From Planctomycetota bacterium (GTDB lineage Bacteria; Planctomycetota; B15-G4): DNA of 64,000 bases. The stretch spans positions 704,001 through 768,000 of the forward strand of contig CBDFJQ010000002.1 in NCBI GenBank assembly GCA_965248575.1, read 5' to 3'. This document shows, in pieces, positions 56,912-64,000 of this stretch (the stretch's first letter is position 1; each line of letters starts with the position of its first letter). The position numbers and the translations under genes are program-made. Below the pieces are notes generated by a model, which was given only the letters and a program-made list of their open reading frames with translations, was not told the DNA's origin and ran no database searches.

Positions 56912-58553
56912 ACAGGCGCGGCCGGGTCTGCTGCTGGGCCTCCGTTGCCTGGGCTTCCTGGCTGTGTCCGCGAGTCTGTGGATCCTGGTGGAAGAGGTCT
57001 TCTGGGGAGCTCCTGCCCGCTTTGACGATGCGTTCATGTTCACGCGCTACGCGAAGCATGTGCTGGCGGGTTACGGCCATGCCTGGAACCCGGACGGAGT
57101 CCAGACCTACGGCTGCACGAGCCTGCTCTATGCAGGCTGGGTGACCCTGGCCCACGCTCTCACGCGTCTGGACGATGCTGAGCTGCTGCGAGGCCTGTCC
57201 TTCAGCTTTGGCGTGGCGTCCGTCCTGATCATGGCCTTCAGCCTCGTCCGTTTTGCGCGCTCCCCCTGGCTGCGCGGGCAGTGGCTGCTCTGTCTGGGTC
57301 TGCTGGCCCCGGCCTTGTTCCTCAACCCGCTGTTCGTCTACCACGCACGAACCGGCATGGACACGACGCTGTCGTTGTGCATGAACGCCCTGCTGGTGTT
57401 GGCGACCTTGGCCATGCTTCGGTCGGGGACGACGCGCTCGGTCCTGGCTCTTGCGGGCACGGCCTACCTCGGGTTTCTTGCGCGCCCCGACAACGGCCTC
57501 TACGCCGCGCTGCTGCCCACCCTCGCCGCAGCCCTTCTGCAGGACGGTTCCCGGCGGAAGCGCGTGCTCTGGACCTATGTGCTGACAATGGGGGTGCTGC
57601 TGGGGCTGGACACGGCGGCCAAGCTGGCCGTCTTCGGTGTATCGCTGCCCTTGCCTGTCTACGCCAAGTCGTCAGTGCACGAGCTTGGATATGCAGGGGG
57701 CGCCCAATGGAATGCCGTGGTCTACCTGCTGGGTTTTGGCCACGGCCTGCTTCCGTTCCTGGTGCTGCTCTTGCTGTGCGTTCGTCGAGCGACCTGGGCC
57801 CTCACGGCCAGCTTGCTGGTCCCGGCCTGTCTGACCCTGGGAGCCTATTTCCAGACCACCCAGATCATGGGCTACCGGGCTCGCTTCAGTTATCCAGCCC
57901 TGCCGTTCTTCGTGATGGCAGCTCTCCTGTGTCTGGATGGGCTGTTGGCGGAGCGGGGGGGGCTGCGCTCGCTGCTCTCCCGGCGGGGCCTTCCCGGAGC
58001 GTTGTGCGCCGTAGCGCTGGTTCTGGGGTTGCAGTACGGGGGCGGCGGGCTCGCCGAGTCCTGGCGGGAACGGGTCGCTGCATCGGCGCCGGCGGCCGTT
58101 CCCATAGAGAACCCAGGCGGCCTCGAGCCCGTGCCCTACTGGGCGGCCGTGGATGCCATGGCCCAGATCGCCCAGCGGGCACCCACCGGAACGATTCTGT
58201 GCCTGTCGGAGTACGGGGTCGTGGGCGCTGCGGCTCCTGAGGTGACCATTCTGGACCCCTTGGGTCTGCATGACGCGGTCGTCGCCCGGGAAGGTTTTGA
58301 CGCCGGGCGCTTGCTGTCCCAGAAGCCCGATGTCTTCTGGATGCCTCACCCCGACTACGTGGGTCTGCGCCAGGCGCTGCAGGACCATCCCGACTTCCGT
58401 CAGCACTACCAGTACTTCCCGGCTGCTCTCAGCTACGGCCTCGCGGTGCGCCAGGAAGGTGAGCAAGCCGTCGAGCTGCATGGCCTGATCTACCAAGTCT
58501 GGACGCAGCTCTACCCCGAGCAGGGCTTCCAGAAGCACCGCAAGAAGTGGTGA
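56904..58553 (+). CDS. Second putative GT-C-fold membrane glycosyltransferase
   Basis: DDAFMFTRYA, WNPDG...YGCTS, GMDT, RPDN, PLPVYAK and ILDPLGLHD; same motif order as 49764-51356. Confidence 0.72.
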   Translation: MPEQARPGLLLGLRCLGFLAVSASLWILVEEVFWGAPARFDDAFMFTRYAKHVLAGYGHAWNPDGVQTYGCTSLLYAGWVTLAHALTRLDDAELLRGLSFSFGVASVLIMAFSLVRFARSPWLRGQWLLCLGLLAPALFLNPLFVYHARTGMDTTLSLCMNALLVLATLAMLRSGTTRSVLALAGTAYLGFLARPDNGLYAALLPTLAAALLQDGSRRKRVLWTYVLTMGVLLGLDTAAKLAVFGVSLPLPVYAKSSVHELGYAGGAQWNAVVYLLGFGHGLLPFLVLLLLCVRRATWALTASLLVPACLTLGAYFQTTQIMGYRARFSYPALPFFVMAALLCLDGLLAERGGLRSLLSRRGLPGALCAVALVLGLQYGGGGLAESWRERVAASAPAAVPIENPGGLEPVPYWAAVDAMAQIAQRAPTGTILCLSEYGVVGAAAPEVTILDPLGLHDAVVAREGFDAGRLLSQKPDVFWMPHPDYVGLRQALQDHPDFRQHYQYFPAALSYGLAVRQEGEQAVELHGLIYQVWTQLYPEQGFQKHRKKW

Positions 58554-58674
58554 GGCGGGCGCATCGCTCGTTCTATCCTCTATCCTGAAAGCCCCTGAGG
58601 CTGGAGCCGCGTCGCGGCCGGCCGACGCTCGGCAGCGTGACAAACCGTCGACCCACCGTCTGAAGGACCGGCCC

Positions 58675-59691
58675 ATGACCGCGAATGTGACCCCCGTTCG
58701 AAAGTCCCGTCTGCTGCTGAAGCTGGGCTTCGCCTTGGGAGTTGTGCTGCTGAGCCTGGGAGTCGTAGAGGGTGCCTTGCGCGTGGCGGGCTTCAGCTAC
58801 CACCTCTATCCGGAGCGCATCCGTTTTGGATACCCGGAACCGGAGAAGATCGAAGAGGGCTACTTCCTGCCCCATGATCGCTTCCTTTGGGTGAGCAGGA
58901 AGTACGACGAGATCCTGGCCGGAGCCCAAGCTGAGACGCCGGACGTGATCCTCATGGGCTGCTCGTGCACCGAGTGGGGGGAGTACGACCTAGCCCTCGG
59001 GAATCAGGCGACTCAAGCCGGCAGCCCGCTCAAGATCTCCAACTTCGGATGTGCCGGATGGTCCACCTACCAGGGCCTGAACCAGCTCCAGGACGATGTG
59101 CTGCCCATCGGCCCCAAGATCGTGACCATCTACTTCGGCTGGAACGACCACTGGATCGGCCACGGCATCGAGGACAAGGCGGTGGCAGAGCTCACAGCAT
59201 CGCCCTGGAAGCGGACCATGCAGGAGTCGCGGTTGGTGCAGTGGGCGAGCAAGGTGATGGTCAGCCGCCGAGCCGTGGCGCAGCGCACCCTGGGCGAAGG
59301 TGCCTTCCCGGAGCGCGTCTCGCTCGAGGATTTCCGGTCCAACCTCACGGCCATGATCCAGTTGGCCCGTGACAACGACATCATCCCGGTCCTGATCACG
59401 GCTCCGGATGGGCACGAGGAAGGCAAGGAGCCTCGATACCTGGAAGGCGCGTGGCTTCAGGAGCTTTCGGACCTGATCCCCCTGCACCAATCCTACGTCT
59501 CAGCGGTGCGCCAGGTGGCCGAGGAGCAAGGGGTGGTGCTGTGCGATCTGGCCGCCCAGTTTGACGCCTTGCCCCCCAAGACCACCGACCTCTACATCAA
59601 GGCGGATGGGATCCACCTGACCCCGGACATCGGGGGCCGAGTCGTGGGGCGCATGCTGTATCAGACGCTCGCCGAGCACGGCTTGCTGTAG
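58675..59691 (+). CDS. SGNH/GDSL hydrolase family protein, membrane-anchored
   Basis: N-terminal TM with EGALR, GCSCTEWG (block I variant), GWST, GWND and DGIHLT. Confidence 0.82.
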   Translation: MTANVTPVRKSRLLLKLGFALGVVLLSLGVVEGALRVAGFSYHLYPERIRFGYPEPEKIEEGYFLPHDRFLWVSRKYDEILAGAQAETPDVILMGCSCTEWGEYDLALGNQATQAGSPLKISNFGCAGWSTYQGLNQLQDDVLPIGPKIVTIYFGWNDHWIGHGIEDKAVAELTASPWKRTMQESRLVQWASKVMVSRRAVAQRTLGEGAFPERVSLEDFRSNLTAMIQLARDNDIIPVLITAPDGHEEGKEPRYLEGAWLQELSDLIPLHQSYVSAVRQVAEEQGVVLCDLAAQFDALPPKTTDLYIKADGIHLTPDIGGRVVGRMLYQTLAEHGLL

Positions 59692-59768
59692 CTCGCGAGG
59701 CTGTTCGCAGGAAGGCTGGACGTCGGCTCTCGGACAGGGCACCGCGAATCACTACGATGTCGCGGATC

Positions 59769-61646
59769 ATGAGCACACAAGGCATACGTACCCACAATTG
59801 CGGCGAGCTCCGAGCGAGCGATGCCGGTTCCACAGTCCGTCTCTCCGGTTGGATCGCATCCCACCGAGATCTGGGCTCCCTGGTCTTCATCGACCTGCGT
59901 GACCGCTACGGCATCACCCAGGTGAGCTTCGACGAGGACACCCCCGCTGAACTGCTGGTGGCCGCGCAGAAGCTGAAGACCGAAAGCGTGATCCACGTGG
60001 TGGGTGTGGTCCGCCCCAGGGTGCAGGCCAACGCCGAGCGCTCCACGGGCGAGGTGGAGGTGCTGGTCAACGCCCTGGAAGTGCTGGGTCCGTCCAAGAC
60101 CCCGCCCTTCGAGCTGGATGCGGAGAAGGTCAGCGACGAACTCCGGCTCACCTACCGCTATCTCGACCTGCGTCGACCGAAGCCTCTGGCCTCCATGGTC
60201 ATGCGCCACCAGGTGCTGCTCGCCCTGCGCAAGGGATTGGACGCCCAGGGCTTCCTGGAAATCGAAACGCCGGTGCTCACCAAGGCCACGCCGGAAGGCG
60301 CCCGGGACTACCTGGTCCCCAGCCGTGTGCACCCGGGCAAGGTCTTTGCACTGCCCCAGAGCCCTCAGATCTTCAAGCAGATCCTGATGGTTGCTGGCAT
60401 GGACAAGTACTTCCAGATCGTGCGCTGCTTCAGGGATGAGGACTTGCGCGCCGACCGCCAGCCTGAGTTCACGCAGCTCGACATGGAGATGAGCTTCGTC
60501 GATGAGCCGAGGGTGCAGGCCGTGATCGACGAGGCGGTGTCCGGGGCCGTGGAAGCTGTGCACCCCGGGCGCTGTCCAGCGACCCCCTTCCCCCAAATGA
60601 CCTGGACCGAATCCATGCGACGCTTCGGCTCCGACAAGCCGGACCTGCGCTTCGGTGTCGAGTTGTCCGATGTGTCCGAGCTCGTCGCCGGGTGTGGTTT
60701 CGGGGTCTTCGAGAAGGCCGTGGCCGCAGGTGGTCGGGTGCGGGTTCTGGCAGCCCCCGGCGGGGGAGCCCTCTCTCGCAAGCAGATCGATGGCCTGGAG
60801 GGCGTGGCCAAGGAACAGGGCGCCAAGGGCCTGGCCTGGGCCAAGGTGGTGGATGGCGAGGGTGACGCCGGTCCGGTGCTCACAGGCGGCATCTCGAAGT
60901 TCCTGGCGCCCGAGTTGGTGGCGGCCCTGATGGGAGCCACCGGCGCTGGCGTGGGCGACGCGCTCTTCTTCGGTGCGGACACATTCAAGACCTCGGCAGC
61001 GGCCCTCTCGGCTGTGCGCCTGGCCCTGGGCAAGAAGCTAGGTCTGATCGACAAAGATCGCTTCGAGTTCGTCTGGATCACCGAGTTCCCGATGTTCGAC
61101 GAAGACGAGGACAGCGGCGCCCTGAGCCCGGCCCATCACCCCTTCTGCACGCCCTTGGAGGCCTACGAGGGGCAGCTGCAGAAGGACCCGTCAGGAACGC
61201 TGGCCAGGAGCTACGACCTCGTGCTCAATGGCTGTGAGCTCGGGTCGGGGAGCGTCAGGATCCACGACGCGGACATGCAGCACCAGGTGTTCGAGGCGAT
61301 CGGCATGCCCGATGACGAGATTGAAGACCGCTTCGGTTTCGTGATCCACGCCTTTGAGTATGGCGCGCCTCCCCACGCAGGTTTTGCTGTGGGGCTCGAT
61401 CGCCTGGTCATGCTCCTGGCGGGCGAGGAGTCCATCCGCGAGGTCATCGCTTTCCCCAAGACCGCTCAGGCAGCTTGCCTCATGACGGGGGCACCCACCC
61501 CGGTTCCCGACGAGCAGCTGCTGGAGGCCGGTGTGCGCTTCGTGGCGTCCGACGCCCCTGGCCAGGGAGCGGACCCGGGCAAGGGGCAGGGCGAGGCATC
61601 CAACCCAGAACAAGCTGGCGGCCAAGCCGCAGAGGTGAGCCCGTGA
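59769..61646 (+). CDS. aspS: Aspartate--tRNA ligase
   Basis: RTHNCGEL, RDLG..FIDLRD, TPEGARDYLVPSR, RCFRDEDLRADRQPEFTQ and GAPPHAG...GLDR. Start 59757 or 59769. Confidence 0.98.
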   Translation: MSTQGIRTHNCGELRASDAGSTVRLSGWIASHRDLGSLVFIDLRDRYGITQVSFDEDTPAELLVAAQKLKTESVIHVVGVVRPRVQANAERSTGEVEVLVNALEVLGPSKTPPFELDAEKVSDELRLTYRYLDLRRPKPLASMVMRHQVLLALRKGLDAQGFLEIETPVLTKATPEGARDYLVPSRVHPGKVFALPQSPQIFKQILMVAGMDKYFQIVRCFRDEDLRADRQPEFTQLDMEMSFVDEPRVQAVIDEAVSGAVEAVHPGRCPATPFPQMTWTESMRRFGSDKPDLRFGVELSDVSELVAGCGFGVFEKAVAAGGRVRVLAAPGGGALSRKQIDGLEGVAKEQGAKGLAWAKVVDGEGDAGPVLTGGISKFLAPELVAALMGATGAGVGDALFFGADTFKTSAAALSAVRLALGKKLGLIDKDRFEFVWITEFPMFDEDEDSGALSPAHHPFCTPLEAYEGQLQKDPSGTLARSYDLVLNGCELGSGSVRIHDADMQHQVFEAIGMPDDEIEDRFGFVIHAFEYGAPPHAGFAVGLDRLVMLLAGEESIREVIAFPKTAQAACLMTGAPTPVPDEQLLEAGVRFVASDAPGQGADPGKGQGEASNPEQAGGQAAEVSP

Positions 61647-63622
61647 GTGCAGATGTGGAAGTGGCGCTGCCCGATGGCAGCAAGCGCACCCTGGCCGAGG
61701 GCAGCAGCGGAGCGGACCTTGCCGCGGACATCGGCCCAGGTCTCGCCAAGGCGGCGATCGCGGTCGAGGTCGACGGCCAGCTGAGGGATCTCACACGCCC
61801 CCTGCCGTCGGGGTCCACCGTGGCCATCGTGAAGGCCGACAGCGCGGCGGGCCTCGATCTCATGCGCCACAGCACGGCCCATGTGATGGCACAAGCGGTC
61901 ATGGATCTCTATGGGCGCGAGACGGTGCGGCTCGGGATCGGTCCGACCATCAAGTCGGGCTTCTACTACGACTTCGATTTCGTGGATGGCCGGCGGCTCA
62001 AGGAGGAGGATCTCGAAGCCATCGAGCAGCGCATGCGCGCCATCATCGAGAGCGACCAGGTCTTCCTGCGCGAGGAGATGTCGCGGGACGACGCGCTCGC
62101 CCACTGGGAGGCGCGCGCCGATCGCTTCAAGTGCGATCTGATCCAGGGATTCGACGACGACGCCGTGATCAGCTTCTATCACAACCGTGTCGAGGGGGCG
62201 GATGAGGACACCTTCGTGGACCTCTGCCTGGGTCCGCACGTACCCCGCACAGGGATGCTGGCGGTCGCGCACTTCAAGTTGCTGAGTGTCGCTGGGGCCT
62301 ACTGGCAGGGCGACGAGAACAACCCGATCCTGCAGCGGGTGTATGCCGTCTGCTTCGGCAACAAGAAGGAACTGAAGAGGCACCTGGCCAATCTGGAAGA
62401 GGCCAAGAAGCGCGACCACCGCAAGCTGGGCAAGGAGCTGAAGCTGTTCCACTTCACGGATGAGGTGGGCCCCGGGCTGCCTCTCTGGCTGCCGCGCGGC
62501 ACGGTCATCCTGGAGACCCTGAAGGAGTTCCTGACCCAGGAGCAGCGCAAGCGCGGGTATCAGTCGGTGATCACGCCTCATGTGGGCCGGCTGGGGCTGT
62601 ATGAGACCAGCGGGCACTGGCAGAACTACAGGGAGTCCATGTTCCCCCTAATGGGTGATGAAAAGGGCACGGCCTTCTGCATGAAGCCAATGAATTGCCC
62701 GCACCACATCCAGATCTACAAGGCCGAGGGGCGCAGCTACCGGGATCTCCCGCTGCGGCTGTCCGAGTTCGGCACCGTCTACCGCTACGAGAAGAGCGGG
62801 GAGCTGGGGGGTCTGAAGCGTGTGCGCGGCTTCACCGTTGATGACGCGCACCTCTTCGTGACGCCCGAGCAGTTGTTCGAGGAGTTCCGCGGGGTCGTGG
62901 AGCTGGTGCGCCTGGCCCTCGAGACCTTCGGGCTGAAGGTGGAGGCTCGGGTGGGCATCCGTGGCAGTGAGACCACTGGAGATGCGAAGTTCGTCGGTGA
63001 TGCGGCCCTTTGGGAGCGCGCCCAGAGCGAGATCATCGAAGCCTGCTCCCAGATGGGCCTCGACTACACGGTGGAGGAAGGGGAGGCAGCCTTCTACGGC
63101 CCCAAGCTCGACTTCGTGATCACGGACGCCCTGGACCGGGAGTGGCAGCTGGGGACGGCACAGGTGGACTACAACCTGCCGGAGCGTTTTGACCTGAGCT
63201 ACACGGCAAAAGACGGGAGCCGGCAGCGGCCCATCATGATCCATAGGGCGCCCTTCGGCAGTCTGGAACGCCTGATGGGGGTCCTGATTGAGCACTACGG
63301 AGGGGCTTTCCCGCTCTGGATGGCTCCGGTCCAGGTTTCGGTGGCTCCCATCACGGATGAACAGCATGAAGGGGCCCAGGCGCTGGCGGCCGTTTTGGAA
63401 GCGCGAGGGCTCCGGGTGTACCGGGATCTCGTGAATGAACCGATTGGTGCCAAAATCAAGCGCGCTCGGCTTGAAAAAACGCCCTACGTGGCCATACTGG
63501 GCGCCCGAGAAATTCAGGATTCCACTGTTTCCGTACGCTCTCGGAAGGACGGTGAACTTGGCCCTATGCCGCTCGATGCCTTTGTCGAACAGCTGGTGGG
63601 AGAGGTCGCCGCCCGGACATGA
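61643..63622 (+). CDS. thrS: Threonine--tRNA ligase
   Basis: TGS domain, RHSTAH, DLC.GPH, KPMNCPHH, AAFYGPK and MIHRA. GTG 61643 overlaps the aspS stop. Confidence 0.98.
   Translation: MSADVEVALPDGSKRTLAEGSSGADLAADIGPGLAKAAIAVEVDGQLRDLTRPLPSGSTVAIVKADSAAGLDLMRHSTAHVMAQAVMDLYGRETVRLGIGPTIKSGFYYDFDFVDGRRLKEEDLEAIEQRMRAIIESDQVFLREEMSRDDALAHWEARADRFKCDLIQGFDDDAVISFYHNRVEGADEDTFVDLCLGPHVPRTGMLAVAHFKLLSVAGAYWQGDENNPILQRVYAVCFGNKKELKRHLANLEEAKKRDHRKLGKELKLFHFTDEVGPGLPLWLPRGTVILETLKEFLTQEQRKRGYQSVITPHVGRLGLYETSGHWQNYRESMFPLMGDEKGTAFCMKPMNCPHHIQIYKAEGRSYRDLPLRLSEFGTVYRYEKSGELGGLKRVRGFTVDDAHLFVTPEQLFEEFRGVVELVRLALETFGLKVEARVGIRGSETTGDAKFVGDAALWERAQSEIIEACSQMGLDYTVEEGEAAFYGPKLDFVITDALDREWQLGTAQVDYNLPERFDLSYTAKDGSRQRPIMIHRAPFGSLERLMGVLIEHYGGAFPLWMAPVQVSVAPITDEQHEGAQALAAVLEARGLRVYRDLVNEPIGAKIKRARLEKTPYVAILGAREIQDSTVSVRSRKDGELGPMPLDAFVEQLVGEVAART
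63471..63498 (+). promoter_or_regulatory. Putative thrS-internal promoter for infC
   Basis: TTGAAA-N16-CATACT within an AT-richer stretch at the thrS 3' end. Confidence 0.4.
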
Positions 63623-63684
63623 GCCCTCGGGCTCGGTGACAGCACTCAAACTCGAACGAAACGCAACCCGCAGGAGGAGGTACC

Positions 63685-64000
63685 ACGGCACAGGCCAAGA
63701 TCCGGATCAATGAAGAGATCCGCATGCGGCAGGTTCGTCTGATCGACGAGACCGGTGAGCAGCATGGCATCGTGGAAATCGACTCCGCACTTGCGATGGC
63801 GCGGGAGAAGGGGCTGGACCTCGTCGAGGTGGCTCCTGATGCCCGTCCGCCCGTCTGCAAGATTCAGGACTACGGTAAGCAGAAGTATCTCTCGAAGAAG
63901 AAGGAACACGACGCACGAAAGAAGCAGCACCAGGTTGTGATCAAGGAAGTGCGCGTCCGTCCGAAGATCGATACCCACGATCTTCAGACCAAGATGCGGA
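63685..64000 (+). CDS. infC: Translation initiation factor IF-3 (3'-truncated by window edge; non-canonical start)
   Basis: Frame reads AQAKIRINEEIRMRQVRLIDETGEQHGIV...GLDLVEVAPDARPPVCKIQDYGK...IKEVRVRPKIDTHD; follows thrS; missing from the ORF track. Confidence 0.95.

Noticed and set aside
59850..59910. Calling AspRS discriminating or non-discriminating from RDLG
   Set aside because: This single position is not diagnostic across phyla; needs phylogeny and the genome's asnS/gatCAB content.

Overview
High-GC bacterial chromosome segment, mostly core genome, with genes tightly chained by NTGA start/stop overlaps. Gene style and content are reminiscent of Planctomycetota; this is an inference and not proven here. 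Left to right: 5' half of tRNA-Arg(TCT); a secreted beta-helix protein; two O-antigen-ligase-like (Wzy_C) genes bracketing purD-fur-feoAB; ribH-nusB-ftsY; modABC, an AtoE-family transporter and an NTF2-like lipoprotein; an ~18 kb translationally coupled type IV filament / T2SS-like cluster (PilM-PilN fusion, PilO-like, TPR protein, five prepilin-type proteins including a 1730-aa K-type pseudopilin, a CxxC protein and a parvulin); scpB and a PpiD-like gene; ndk-TPR lipoprotein-rnpA-yidD; a full F1Fo ATP synthase operon; a putative envelope glycan-tailoring cluster (two GT-C-like proteins, PHP-like protein, arylsulfotransferase, HAD, SGNH); and aspS-thrS-infC (partial). No transposase, integrase, rRNA or CRISPR array is visible. 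Most notable: (1) a three-copy ~120-nt structured repeat just downstream of stop codons, with a conserved 43-nt core, an outer stem that differs in sequence but stays paired, a compensatory base change and strand-specific G-U pairs; (2) the T2SS-like cluster with no secretin or ATPase, whose minor pilins carry a repeated RGxxGT..H..G..V module; (3) apparent non-canonical start codons (ACG for infC, CTG for the PHP-like gene).
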